A stretch of DNA of 64,000 bases from Oikopleura dioica (GCA_907165135.1 OU015568.1:3534001-3598000); one strand, 5' to 3'; counted from the stretch's first letter, positions 39,402-51,682 are shown. Translations and numbers: made by a program. Notes: generated by a model from the sequence alone, not told the origin.

Positions 39402-40897
39402 CATGGGTAGGCATAACGTACAAAAATCAACTTTTTCCCTGTAAGAGATATTAATTTGAAACTTTGGGAGCAACAAGAGTACCCAAAATGACTTTTCAAA
39501 ATTTTTGGAAAAAAATTTTGGTACATTTTAGTACTTTTTTCATCCCTTTTCTCGCTACTTTTGAGCAATCCAAGCTACGGGGTTGTAAGTATGCTCATTC
39601 GAAAGAGCGCAAAAACTGAGTAAGAAACATCAATAAAAAGGGGTGCATTGGGGATTCTCTGGATTCTAGGGATGAAAAACTCGGAATTCGATGAGTCATC
39701 ACTGATTCCAAAATCGGCATTTTTCAAAAATAACTTGATTTCCTTGAAACTTATAGGTTTGGCATTAAAGATGTCGAGGAATCCGATCACGTGATCAAAA
39801 ATTCTGAAAAAGGTCATTTTGGGGTCATTCGAGGTCAAAAAATTCAATTATTAATTTTTTGAACTTTACAGAAAAATCGAAACTTACGTGGGGCCGTCTC
39901 AGCCCCGTCCCTTGATTTTTGAATTTAAGGGGCTTGACGGCCCTTCGGGCCGTCTCAGCCCCGTCCCTTGATTTTTGAATTTAACGGGCTTGACGGCCCT
40001 TCGGGCCGTCTCAGCCCCGTCCCTTGATTTTGAATTTAAGGGGCTTGACGGCCCTTCGGGCCGTCTCAGCCCCGTCCCTTGATTTTTGAATTTAAGGGGC
40101 TTGACGGCCCTTCGGGCCGTCTCAGCCCCGTCCCTTGATTTTGAATTTAAGGGGCTTGACGGCCCTTCGGGCCGTCTCAGCCCCGTCCCTTGATTTTTGA
40201 ATTTAAGGGGCTTGACGGCCCTTCGGGCCGTCTCAGCCCCGTCCCTTGATTTTTGAATTTAAGGGGCTTGACAAAGGCCGGTAAATCTGAGTTGATCATT
40301 CTCAGTTACGTCCCCAACCCCACCCACCTCCATCTGATATTAAAATTTGTATCATCCATTTGGAGCTTTTTTATGGTTTTTAAATACAGATTGTAAATGT
40401 CAAATTATTGACAGCGGTTATTTTTCAAAATTTGGAATTTTGAACTTTAATGACCTCATGTGACCCCAAGATGAATTTTTTTCAAAATTTGAAACACGTG
40501 ATCGAAATCCTCGACATTTTTTACAAAGATCCTATAAGTTTCGCGTTAATCAATGGTTATTTCAGAAATACCCTTTTTTGAATCAATGATGAGTCATCAT
40601 TTTTGGGGTTTTTCATCCCTAGAATCCAGAGAATCCCCAATGCACCCCTTTTTATTGATGTTTCTTACTCAGTTTTTGCGCTCTTTCGAATGAGCATACT
40701 TACAACCCCGTAGCTTGGATTGCTCGAAAAATCAATTTTTTGACAACTTTTGGGTACTTAAAAAGTACTAAATTTGAAAATTTTGAATTTTTTAGTTGAA
40801 ATGTTATCCAAGCACAAAAATCTATATCATATGTGAAAATCAGCTTCCTACGACTTTCAGATAAAAAGTCGATTTTTGTGCGTTATGCCTAAACATG
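39402..40897. mobile_element. Foldback element (~1.5 kb) with ~450-bp imperfect TIRs around a minisatellite
   Basis: 39402-39850 is the imperfect reverse complement of 40430-40897, with a long perfect core such as AGCTACGGGGTTGTAAGTATGCTCATTCGAAAGAGCGCAAAAACTGAG. Termini TAGGCATAACG are compatible with a TA TSD. Confidence 0.85.
39891..40272 (+). repeat. 55-56 bp GC-rich minisatellite, about 6.9 copies
   Basis: Unit GGGCCGTCTCAGCCCCGTCCCTTGATTTT(T)GAATTTAAGGGGCTTGACGGCCCTTC; copies differ by one T in the T-run and one substitution. Confidence 0.95.
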
Positions 40898-40954
40898 GGA
40901 AGCAAAACGGGCTGATCTTTTGTTAATCAGAATTATTTTCGATTGCGCTTGGGT

Positions 40955-41504
40955 CTAGGGTCGGACTTCCTTCCTTATTTTTTGCTTACTAAGGGTCCTT
41001 ACCTTAGTAAGGTAAGGATTATTTCCTTACCCTTTTTCGGATTTCGGCGGAAAAAAATCCTTACCATAGTTCCTTTGTTAGTTTTCAGAGGTCCTTAGTA
41101 AGGATCTTCAATCCTTAGCGATTTTTCCTTAATTCCTTTCCTTACTAAGGATTTTAAAAAGGATTTTTTCGACGGCCTACGCAGTTTGAGAGCGCTTTTA
41201 TCAAAAATACCTTTGCAAAAGCCTTGGTAAGGAAGGAAATTAAGGACCAGTTGTGAAGGAATTCTATAAAAATGTCTCTTGTCAACTTACTGACAGCAGA
41301 AAATACCAAATAAACTTAAATTATTGCTATTTTTATCAATAAGAACATTTTATCGAATCGCATTTAATCAGATCCTTACTAAGGTTACTAAGGCCTTAGT
41401 AAGGAAGGCCCTTAGTCCTTCCTTAGGCCTTTCTTGATTTTCATCAATTTTAAAATCCTTACCCTTAGTAACTAAGGAAACCTTAGTAAGGGGTCCGACC
41501 CTAG
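40955..41504. mobile_element. MITE, hAT-like (550 bp)
   Basis: TIR CTAGGGTCGGAC; TSD CTTGGGT (7 bp, or GCTTGGGT 8 bp with a one-base offset); dense CCTTA/TAAGG subterminal motifs. Confidence 0.8.
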
Positions 41505-41560
41505 CTTGGGTTACACAAACCTCCAGATCACATGGTACCTTATAATGCGCCTAAAACTCG

Positions 41561-41668
41561 GCTCGGAAGCCTTTGTAGAAAACCTGAGTTAGGTCCAGAG
41601 GAGCATAAAGGAAAGGCCATTTGAGCTCTTCTAAACCTGATTCAGGTCATCTACACAGGCTTCCGAGC
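41561..41668. mobile_element. Short MITE of the AAACCTGAGTCAGG family
   Basis: Inverted GCTCGGAAGCCT(T/G)TGTAGA ends enclosing AAACCTGAGTTAGG and AAACCTGATTCAGG. Confidence 0.65.
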
Positions 41669-42129
41669 GAAGGCTTAAATTACTGGGATGTACTAAAATC
41701 AGTAAAATCACCCCTCAATAAATATCAAAAATAACCAGAAAATCCAATCACCTTTCAAGTTTATGCTGTGTTAACATTGAACCAGTTCGGCCCTGTTAAT
41801 CAACAAACAAAAAAAATCAATTCCTCTTTTATTAAAAGTTTTCTTTTCGTTTTTAATTTGAAAAGGGAAATTCAAAGTTTTCTCAAGACACGAGGGGGTC
41901 TCATTTTTTCGGGTAGCGCTGCAGGGTGTTTGCGATTTTTGGCGACCTTTGTACAGACGGAAATTTTCCGCGAATGATGAAAGTAGACTTACGAGTTGAT
42001 AAAAACAGCTGAAAGCGCTGATTCCATAAATTCACTTGGAGTTTTGGGCAGATGAAATGAAGAAGGAAATAGTCGCCGTTTGAGTGCTTTGATTGGGCTT
42101 TTTGGGAATTAATAAAAATGGAGGTTATC

Positions 42130-42700
42130 CACATTAGATGGATGAGTGTCCGGATTGATCTTTCTTCAACATTGTCGCCATTTTAACGGGCTTTTTGGAG
42201 TACATGGCTTTCTTCGTCAAAAGTCCGTTCAAACGGCGACAATCTTGAAGAAAGATAAAACCGTTAAAATGGAAACATCATGAAGAATTTCGAAGTTAAT
42301 TCAATTTTCTGATTTCCAATCAACTATCACTAGAAAACAAATGAATGTCGATTCGATTTTTTCAAGAATGATATCAAAATCGCCCCTTTCCTTTTTTTCT
42401 CGGGAGACTCCTGAAAGGAGCCTGTTTGTTCTGGAAGTTAGGTTTTCTTCTCTGAGAAGGTTTTTCGCTCCTTTTCTGTCTTTGGGAAACTCAGCAGCGC
42501 GCCGCCTACGCCTTTTTAAGTCTGCTCCTCGAAAGAACGATCCACCTCGCGACGAATCAGACCTGCTCTTGTCAAGTATCGGATTTTAAAATGAATATCT
42601 TTCACGCACCAAAAGCATGGCAAGGGATCAACTTGTTTTCATGTTGTTGAGTTTGTTGTAAGATTGCGACATTGTCGCTGACTGTGGAGATTTTCCATGA
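42130..42700 (-). CDS. Possible small basic protein of unknown function
   Basis: Open minus-strand frame NPILDKSRSDSSRGG...IILEKIESTF and downstream DCRRLNGLLTKKAMYSKK...; structure not resolved. Confidence 0.25.
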
Positions 42701-42764
42701 TTTCGGCGTCTCAACGGTTTTCATGAGTTTTCACGATTCACGAGCTTTTTTTCCAATTTTCGCT

Positions 42765-42866
42765 ACATGTGTAGAAAACCTGAGTCAGGGTCTGAAAGAT
42801 CTCAAATGAAAAATCTCAATATTCATTTGAGATCTTCCAGACCCTGACTCAGGTTTTTACACATGT
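42765..42866. mobile_element. ~100-bp near-perfect palindrome of the AAACCTGAGTCAGGG family
   Basis: ACATGTGTAGAAAACCTGAGTCAGGGTCTGAAAGATCTCAAATGAA followed by its near-exact reverse complement. Confidence 0.8.
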
Positions 42867-43067
42867 TGCCGAGCCCAGATCATCCCTGTCTGAACAAAAG
42901 TGGGATCGAACCCATTCTACCCTACCTAGGAAAATCGCAATATAAGAAAATATATCTTGAATTTGAAGTCTTCAAGATAATTGAATCAAGCTGGACGTCA
43001 TTATTTTACTCTTTCTTTATTGCCTCGAATTTCAGCCTAGACTTCTCAACATCCCAAACCATCCAAA

Positions 43068-44386
43068 ATGATTTTTCTCAGATTTTTACTCTTTTCTTCA
43101 TCAGCTTTTGCATCCATTGAAGATATCGACATCGAAGTCCTAAAGAATCTTTTCTCTGGAGTCTATGTCGAGTGCGAAATAACTCGAATGTGCGCTTGGA
43201 TGAGCGAGAGTTGGCTGGAATCAAAAGGCATTTTTGAAAGTGACGTTGAGTTTCTATCCCTTGCCGACCCGGTTTGTTACGCTAGAGATGTCGGATCACT
43301 GGAGGGGTTGCCAATGGACCTGCATTTTTGGATCTGGTGCTCCGAAGAGATCCCAGAGGAGCATGAAAACTCAGAGGGGCACTTAGCGCATTATGACTGC
43401 GGAACGGAAACGACCATTCATAGGTAAGCACAGTTCGTTTTCTTTTGAACATTTTTGAAAAGTGGAGAAACTGGAGTTAATTTCGAGAACTGGAAGCTTG
43501 AACCTCACATTAGACACAACAATACAATTTCAATCAAAAGACCAATCTTCAGTGAGTCCTTGTTGATTCCTTCCCCCGTCATTCCTCCCCTTTTAGGTCT
43601 CGCGAAAACCATCCATCTTCCGATAGAATGCGAATGGCCCACCACATCTCTGGCCCAAGACCCGCTCCAATTCACCGTCGACCGTTCCTATTACCAACCT
43701 GATTTTTATGTTGTCAAAGAAGAAGTAAAATTGAGAGTCGAAATAAAAATTTTCGACGATGAGAATTTCCTGAGAAAAAATGGGAAAGTCCCGACTTTTG
43801 AGATTGGAAAAGAAGCTTTTGTCGAGGTTAAATTGAGCGAAGAACTTGAAGAGCAATATGGAATCGAGATTAAGCACTTTTGGGCCTCCCCAGGTAATTT
43901 CTCTTCATAAATTTAGTTTCAAACTTTTTCAAAGAAGAATCAATGGAAACAGAAAACTACTATGCCTGGATCACTGACTACTGTTCCTTGTCCGATCAGC
44001 TCAACGTCTACAACTCTCCTTCAATTCAGACAAAGCGGTTCGCCATCCCAAGTTTTTATTTCCCTGAAACATTCGACATTTTTCTTCATGTCTACGTCCG
44101 TGCATGTAAAATTGAACACTGCACTCCGATAACACAGTGCACTGGAGCCAGAGGATCGACGGACTTCAGCAATTTGAATAATGACCGAAAATTGAGCCGA
44201 TCAAAGAGGTAAAGAATAAATCAAAGATTTCAGACTATTTTTCATTATTCTAGAGATGTAGCTCTTCTATCAATTCCAATGAAGACGGGAAGCCAAACAA
44301 GAGGGCGGGATTTATCGATGGCGTTGATTCTAGCGCTTACTGTTTTCATTATTTTTTCGCTTATAAATGTTTATTTTCTCCTGTAA
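43068..44386 (+). CDS. Zona pellucida (ZP) domain transmembrane protein
   Basis: Signal peptide MIFLRFLLFSSSAFA; ZP-N-like cysteines (VECE, PVC, DCGT, IECEW); ZP-C-like FWASP, RFAIPSFYF, IFLHVYVRAC; furin site RSKR; C-terminal TM ALILALTVFIIFSLINVYFLL. Confidence 0.85.
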
Positions 44387-45162
44387 TTGAATAAAAAGAG
44401 TGCATTCTCAAAAGATTTTTATGAAGAGTTATCCATTTAAAACTACTCAATCATCAGAAAAACCAACAAAACGATAAAAAGAGAGTGATGCGTTTGAAAT
44501 CCGCCTGACCGGCGCAGAATCGCTTCGGGGAGATAATTTCGACGATTTTAAAATTTAAATCCTCGAGGTCAATTTCTGACAGAAGTGCCAGCCCCCGTGG
44601 AGTTGTTTTTCATTTTGTTGAGAGAAAAGGAAATAATGGAGCTCAATGGAGTTGGCCTTTTCATTCTTTTTCTGATCACAGGAAAATCGCGCTTGAAATT
44701 TTCTTTTTTTTTCTTTATATTGAGATTTCTAGCGCTTTCTAAGTTACAGCAGGGCTGATCATCTTCCTCTGCTTGTACCTTGGTTTATCAGAGTTTTTCT
44801 TTCAACGACTTCCAGTTTCATTTTCAGCAAAAGAAAAATTAAACTCAAGGTCAAACACATCAGAAATCGTGAGTTAATACGAAGTTCCGGGATAGTCAAT
44901 TTTCAGTCGGAATATGAGCCGACTTATTCGTCACAAATGCGCTCCAACATGGGCATTGGCATTTACGACTATCATCATAAATCAACCACCAGCTCTAGCA
45001 GTCGATCCTCATCAGATTCGACCCTTAGCTCACTCAGGTACGATAGACAACTTTCTTCCTGGATGAATAAACTGTCTAGCTCCATTCGAACTGATTATGG
45101 AAGCCGCTACTAGAATTTGAACAAAGAAATACTTTTATTCACAAAGATTTGAAATAAATATA

Positions 45163-46543
45163 TTAAACAGAGTCTTTCATGTTGATATCGTCGATGGATA
45201 AGAAATTCATCGTTGAAGCAGTGTCACAATTAACTGAAAAAATGATCGTTTGAAATTTTCTAAGAATGAAACCAACCGTGATTTTGTCTTGATCTTCTAG
45301 AGCAGTAAGGAGTTCGGCACTCGTCGGATGATAATTCAGTGAGTTCCGACGCCGATAATGGAATGTTTTCCACACGGCCGTTGTGATAGATTGATCGGTT
45401 CATCAGGATCGACATCGGAAAATGGATACCCTACAGAATTACTGTCTTTAATTTCACCGGAGATTCTTACATTGACAGCAGCACATGTGATGAGCGATGT
45501 TTCGACTCGGCTTTCACTTCTTGACGCAACCGGATCGAGGCGATGCAGATGTTTTCTCACACTATTCGACAGCTCAAGCCGCGCAGTCGACTTTCTTTTC
45601 AATTCCTTAACCGCAAGTTAACGCATTTCGGTTTGAAGGTACGATTCTCAGTCGATCATCGAGGGAGCAAAAGTTTTCCTCACCTTTCTGTCAATGTAGC
45701 ACCATCTCGTTACCGCCACCATCGCCAAAATAACAAACATCGTAATAATCATCAGCGACACTCCAAAGAGCATCGAGTTCTCCTTCACCTCCCTGTCTCG
45801 CTGAACCTGATCGTACTTTTCGCACTTTGCTCCTGCTCTCCCTTCTCCGCAGTGGCACTTTTTCTCCTTCGATATTGGATCTCGAAGGCATATTCCAGAA
45901 GTTCCTTCGATATTTCGCGTGCAGACATTGTCTTTCTTACACAGCTGTCTTTTTAAGAGCTCGATAATTTTCGTGAATAAAGTTGATTAATTTATAAAGG
46001 CATTTTTTAGTGTGGTGTTATTGATCCTTTCCTAGTCATTGATGGCCTTGGTGCGCTACACTGGCCGCTTGTTATGTCGCATTGGAGACCAATGCATTCG
46101 ATCTTTACTTCTTTCTGTCTCTTACATGCCTCCGCCTGGAAAGTTTGTTTTCCTGAGAAAAAAAGGGTTTCTTACCTGAGCCATACAAATGCTTGAAACT
46201 GCAACTCGGACTGCGCCTCGCTCATTCTCTCCTGGAATCTTTATACAAGTCGTTGATTGTGCGATTTCGAGGTCGGATTTGTACAGAAGGGGGTAAAAAC
46301 TCCGACAATCAAAGTGACAGACGCATTTTTTGTTGATGCAAGAACCTCTTTATCACGATTTTTCAAACTTTCCAAAGAAAATAAATAGAAATATAAGACA
46401 AAATTTTATAGTTTCTCAAAGTTTTTTTTTTGAAAAAAGATTCAAAATCGCTCCCCATAAGAACAATCTCCATGCGTGTTGCACTCGCCTGATCCACCAG
46501 CGCTAGAATTTTTCGCCAAACATAAAATCAGTGCGATTCTCAT
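45163..46543 (-). CDS. Follistatin/Kazal-like single-pass membrane protein (TMEFF-like, degenerate); 3' end uncertain
   Basis: Signal MRIALILCLAKNSSA; ECNTHGDCSYG/GSCINKKCVCHFDC..PLLYKSD (follistatin-like); EACKRQKEVKIECIG; TM MLFGVSLMIITMFVILAMVAV. Confidence 0.5.
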
Positions 46544-47256
46544 AAACAAAATCTTTGAAAAGGTTAGTTGAACTACTTTTGTGAACAGATTGGTTTTTAT
46601 ACCTGGCGATGAATTTTTAAAGTAACCGCAGTTTGTGATCACTGAAGAGTTTGAGCGTGTTCTTTGTCATTGTGGTCGCATTTGAATTGTATCCCGTCTT
46701 GGTTGTGGTGTTCTAAATTTCGATTCTTAGATACTATGACAGAGATCGGACTCGAACTCGAGTTCTTATGGCTAAACTGATTCATCCTGTGTATATCTAC
46801 TAGCTCAAATTCCGCTACTTCAAGATGTACCGACGTAAGAACATGGCACTGGGTAAACCTTAAGAGGAAGAAACTTACTTCCTGTGAGCAGCTTTCCCCT
46901 TTTCGATGGAGCTGAAGGCGATGAGATTTATCCTTCGCTAGTACTGTAATAACTGCGGCAATTCTCGGAGATAAGAGAGAGAATAATATTTGTTCTGAAG
47001 AAGATATAAATATTTTTCTGATGGATTTCGAAAACGGGGGTGAGAGGTATAAATTGGTAAATTTAATGCTCTTAGATAAATTGGAGCAGTGGCATTTTTT
47101 TCCGTGCAATCTTTGGTCATCCTGGAATGACGAATCGTCATTTACGAAAAAAAGCAATATACCGCGGTACAAAGGATGAAAAAATTTTGTTAATTTTTGC
47201 CGGAAATCTTTTCTCTTACCGTACCTGATTCGGTCAGTATTTGCTTATGCGCGTTT

Positions 47257-47993
47257 GGGACACGGGCGAGCAGCGCGGAGCCGAACTTCACGCGCTCGCC
47301 ACTATCCTTGAACATGAGATTTTTCAAAATTTCTTTTTGCAAATATTATCTACGACTCTTCAGCTTTCTTTTCCAGTTTTCAGTTTGTCTCTGTCATTAC
47401 TGACTGACAAGCTAGCGAGAAAAAGAGATGCGCAACTTCAAAAGGCATCAAGTCCTTCAATCTTTATTTAATTTTCATGAAACCAGCACCATTGAAAAGC
47501 CCATTAAATTCTGAACAGATCTTACTATAAGCGCTAAGCTGAAAATGCACAAGTTGCGCAGGACGCGCTGATAAACCAAGGAACTTAGCGCGCTCAGCAC
47601 GGCAGGGCGCTCCGATTTCGCTATTTTGGGCTCCTGGGACATGATTCCCGCTGGGCGCGCGCTAAGTAATCTTGTTTATCTGATCTTTATCGCGAATTGG
47701 TACACTTTCAGCTTAGCGCTTATAGTAAGATCTGTTCAGAATTTAATGGGCTTTTCAATGGTGCTGGTTTCATGAAAATTAAATAAAGATTGAAGGACTT
47801 GATGCCTTTTGAAGTTGCGCATCTCTTTTTCTCGCTAGCTTGTCAGTCAGTAATGACAGAGACAAACTGAAAACTGGAAAAGAAAGCTGAAGAGTCGTAG
47901 ATAATATTTGCAAAAAGAAATTTTGAAAAATCTCATGTTCAAGGATAGTGGCGAGCGCGTGAAGTTCGGCTCCGCGCTGCTCGCCCGTGTCCC
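47257..47993. mobile_element. MITE with apparently perfect 288-bp TIRs (737 bp)
   Basis: 47257-47544 is the reverse complement of 47706-47993. Ends GGGACACGGG; TTAA flanks the right end only. Confidence 0.9.
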
Positions 47994-48380
47994 TTAACTA
48001 CCCGGACTCGGTGTTTATCGAGGAATCTCTTGAACTTCTAGTAACTTCTCTGGCTTCTGTTTTGCCTAAGCAAACTTTTTCGAAATTCTGCTCTGGAAAA
48101 CTTACAACGCAATTTACTAATTAGCCCTTTATTACGTTTTGACCTGCGTTACGCAGCACACGTCACTTCCCTCTTTCATTAAAAGCAAGGTGCAGCTTGG
48201 CAAGTCTAAGCTTCCCCACATTTATTTATTACGTCTCTTTTTAAATTTATAACCAGGCTTTATTTAAACCCTGATTAATGATTAAAAAGTTATTGTTTTG
48301 AATCCACGAGGACGAAGAAAAGAAGCTCTTTTTCTGGAGAAAATACTGCAAGTATTCGATAAAGAATAATAGTTCATTTA

Positions 48381-48725
48381 TTAGTCTTTTAGCAAAATTA
48401 GATCTTCAGCAGTAAACTCTTTTCGGCAAAACGGACAAGCGCATTGCATCAGGCTCTTGAGACAGGAGCTGCAGAGCTTGTGACCGCAGGATGCGAGGGC
48501 GAAATTGATATGCTCGCCATAATCGTATCGCTCATAACAAATCATGCAGTGGTAAAAGCGGTAGGTGAAATCGTCCATGTCTTCGCTTTTTGGCATTTTC
48601 TCATATTTTTTTCTGATCTGGCCAGAGTGGTGATGCTTTTTTAAACGAAATGGAGAGATTTGTTTAAATAGTCTAGCGGCCACCCGCTGCGTTTTCGTGA
48701 TGTAACTAGTTTGGTTTCCCGCCAA
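48381..48725 (-). CDS. Small RING-HC finger protein
   Basis: CMICYERY...CGHKLCSSCLKSLMQCACPFCRKEF (C3HC4). The start may be the internal MPKSED. Confidence 0.8.
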   Translation of the reverse strand: MAGNQTSYITKTQRVAARLFKQISPFRLKKHHHSGQIRKKYEKMPKSEDMDDFTYRFYHCMICYERYDYGEHINFALASCGHKLCSSCLKSLMQCACPFCRKEFTAEDLILLKD

Positions 48726-48912
48726 GAAAGAGTTCTTGGATGTTAATCAAGTGCGTGATGGTCAAGTTGAAAAGTGCAGAGTCCACATTTGTATTCACCC
48801 GCAGGTAAGGATGACCATGAGAGGGATCATTGTTTCTAGACGATTTTTTAACAGATCGATATTGAATATTGACTTAGTTGCGTCATATTTTTTGGCATGA
48901 TTTAGAACAGAA

Positions 48913-49904
48913 ATGGACGGGTCTAAATTTGAAAATTTACTAAAAGGGGTGAATAGAAAAGGCTCATTCGATAGAGAGTTCAAAAAGCCAGATTGGTTCG
49001 ACGAAAAGAGATTTGAAGACGGAAAGAAGTTCTACAGAGATCATGTCGCTGCCTGCTCTTTTTCCATGCTCGTCTCGCTCATTTCTGGGTTGTCTTTCAA
49101 AGAACTTCTGCATGTTCTTGTTTTCACAGAGAAAAGTGATACGCATCGAAAAGCAATGGCCCGTTATTATCGAACGTTTCTGCATGTCCGGTCGTGGATC
49201 TTTACCGACATCTGGGACTCGAACTCTGATGGCCACAAGTCGATCAAGCTTGTTCGTCAGATTCATAAATCAACTGCCCTAAAAATCACGAAGAAAATGC
49301 CCCAAAATGACAAAGGTAAGAATTTTTTTGGATTCAGAAAAACAAAAATGTCTCAGAATGGATCTCTCAGACAGATTTGGCATTTACGCTTGTCGGATTC
49401 GCTGGAAGCATCGTCATATCACCTTATGGCTTTGGGGTTGAAGATGGTGAAGGACTGGCGAATTATATTTATTTTTGGCGAGTTCTCGGCTATTTACATG
49501 GACTAGATGATGAATTCAATCCGTTTTCCGGGTCATTATTGAGTGTTCGAAGGACTGTTTATGAAACAGCAGAGCGTGTACTGATCCCTTCCTGGGAAGA
49601 TCCGGATCCGAAATATCTTCCGATGGCAAACGCAATCACCAAAAATCAAGAACAGCTTCATTCAATCCTTCTTTATGCAATTGATCTAGCCATAGAGGGC
49701 AACGGAAAGTATGGCAATCCAATGTCATCTGACCGCCTAGTCAGAATCAGGGAAAACTATCCAGTGAAAAGTCAAAGCCGATTGTTTTGGAGAAAGCTTT
49801 TAATGCAGAAACTTTACCATTACAATTTGATAAGAATTGGAGTAAATTATCTTACTGGTAAGTTTTTCTTGCGAAGAGTGGTGATAAAGAGGTGGGTGTT
49901 TTAG
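48913..49904 (+). CDS. MpaB/DUF2236 (ER-bound oxygenase/rubber oxygenase-like) domain protein, two exons
   Basis: KPDWFDEKRFEDGKKFY; RYYRTFLHVRSW; SIKLVRQIH; after the intron, MSQ.DLAFTLVGF and YIYFWRVLGYLHGLDDEFN, resembling the invertebrate members of this family. Confidence 0.7.
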
Positions 49905-50278
49905 AGCTCGGAGTGACCCTGGCCTTTCTCGCAACGCGGATATCTGGATATTTGAACCGATTGAAGACCATCTGTAGTACAAAACAACAATCACCGCGAA
50001 TTTCATAAAGCAACACCTTTCGTTGTTTTCTAACCAAGGGAAAATTCTGACTGTTCTTGAAAAATAAGTTGAATTATTTCAATAAAGCTTGGTGATACAA
50101 TTAAACGAAAAATTGAACAGTAGGTATGTGTTTGCTCTCAATACCAAAATTAGTTTCATAGAGCAATGATGAGTAGTATTTTTAAATTGCTCAGATAAAT
50201 ATCATTTCTTTGACGAAGGTCACACGGAAGAATATTTCGTCGTCATTGCAATAATTAGTATTCGAAGATTTCTTGAGG

Positions 50279-50629
50279 TTATTCTGTCTCTTCATAAGAG
50301 GGTGGCGCATCTTCAGCCTTTTTCAAATCATCGCAGGAGGCTTCTCTTTCAACAGCATCAGAACCCGGGCCAATCTGATTCAAGCTTTCTTCGGTCAAAA
50401 CTGCTTCCGGGTCGTTTCCGCCACAGCAACTTTGGCAGCAAGATTCATAAGTCACGGTCCCGTCCGGATGCTTCTTTCTTCGTTGAACCGTACAGCATAG
50501 AAATCCACCACCGACTGAGCACGTGATGCATCCACAGAAGGCCAAAATGATGATGCAGATGAATGCCAAAGCGCAAGCAGCGGCGAGGGCCATGAGGGCG
50601 TAGTAAATTTCCTCGAGTATTGCTGCCAT
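50279..50629 (-). CDS. Intronless Cys-rich single-pass protein with PPxY motif (paralog of 62303-62713)
   Basis: TM segment, FLCCTV..HPDGTVTYESCCQSCC, C-terminal PPSYEE. Confidence 0.75.
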   Translation of the reverse strand: MAAILEEIYYALMALAAACALAFICIIILAFCGCITCSVGGGFLCCTVQRRKKHPDGTVTYESCCQSCCGGNDPEAVLTEESLNQIGPGSDAVEREASCDDLKKAEDAPPSYEETE

Positions 50630-51069
50630 TATTTATCTATCAATTTGAGTTGTGGGCTTCTTAATAAGAAACTTTTCCTTGAAGAAGATGCTAAATTTAT
50701 TATCTGAGAAATGTCAATAATTCTTATTGCTCATTTCTTAGTGTTATGTTGACCGAAGTATTGAAACAGTATTTGCTCAAAAGATGCGCCTGTTGAGTGA
50801 CTCAATGTATTTGCAATAACGTTGATTTCACAACTATTTAAACGAATTCACTCGCATTTTGTTCTCTGTTTTAGTAACAAAAACAAAGTTTCCTACATTA
50901 TAAAACAACGCGATTTGCGTTAAATATCACTTGAAGGTTTCCATTTCTCCTAAGATTCCCACGCAATAGAATCGTTATGCGCAGATATTTGCCATTTTCA
51001 TATATAAGGCGCGCAAGCATATCTTTCAAATCAAAAAGAAAAAAAACCCTCATTTTTCAATTAAAAAAA

Positions 51070-51682
51070 ATGATCTCGAAAGCGCCAGAATTCACTCACT
51101 CCGACCCAGATGCTGGCCCCGCAAGCGTCTTTCTTTGCTATCTAGGGGATGCTGAAATCTGCATCTGGATCATGTTTTCTCTGACCTTTGTTGCAGGAGG
51201 TCAGATCGAGCTGATTAAAAGAAGCTGGTCTGGGGCGAACTCTGGTTTGCAGCAAATTTGTACCACTTTAGGTAAGATCAATGTCTCAGAGAATGATCAG
51301 AAATTCATTTATTTTAGGAATCTTGGCCGCAATCTTCTGGGTCCCAATTTATTGGATTTGGAGCTCGCCTGTCATGACAGTTGTCTGGTGCTTGATGATG
51401 CTCATCGTTTTCGTCTCATTCGCAACGACCGCCAACTGCATTTCCTACTGGGCAAAGATCAATGCCTCGATCGCCATCGCAATGCAACAACCAGCTCAAG
51501 TCACTGAGGTTCAACTTGAGAATGGTCAGAAAATTCACGTCCAGCAAAACAACGCTCTCAACCTCGGCTCGGCAAAAAGACACATCATGTCTCTCATCAT
51601 CGCTAATTTCGGCATTTGGGCCTGTTCTGTTGCTTACGTCGTTTTGATGTTCACCTGTTCTATCGAACACTACTTTTGGTAA
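51070..51682 (+). CDS. Orphan ~4-TM membrane protein (family member 2), two exons
   Basis: AEICIWIMFSLTFVAGGQIELIKRSW...TTLG|gtaag; ILAAIFWVPIYW...YWAKINASIAIAMQQPAQV...LENGQKIHV...NFGIWACS. Confidence 0.75.

Noticed and set aside
39374-39847. ORFs in the left arm of the 1.5-kb foldback
   Set aside because: They lie within TIR sequence and have no DDE or other transposase motif; the element is non-autonomous.
39891-40272. CRISPR-like array
   Set aside because: Units are head-to-tail with no unique spacers, there are no cas genes, and the context is eukaryotic; it is a minisatellite.
46639-47172. 177-aa minus-strand ORF
   Set aside because: No recognisable domain and unclear relation to the neighbouring gene; it may hold real exons but cannot be called.
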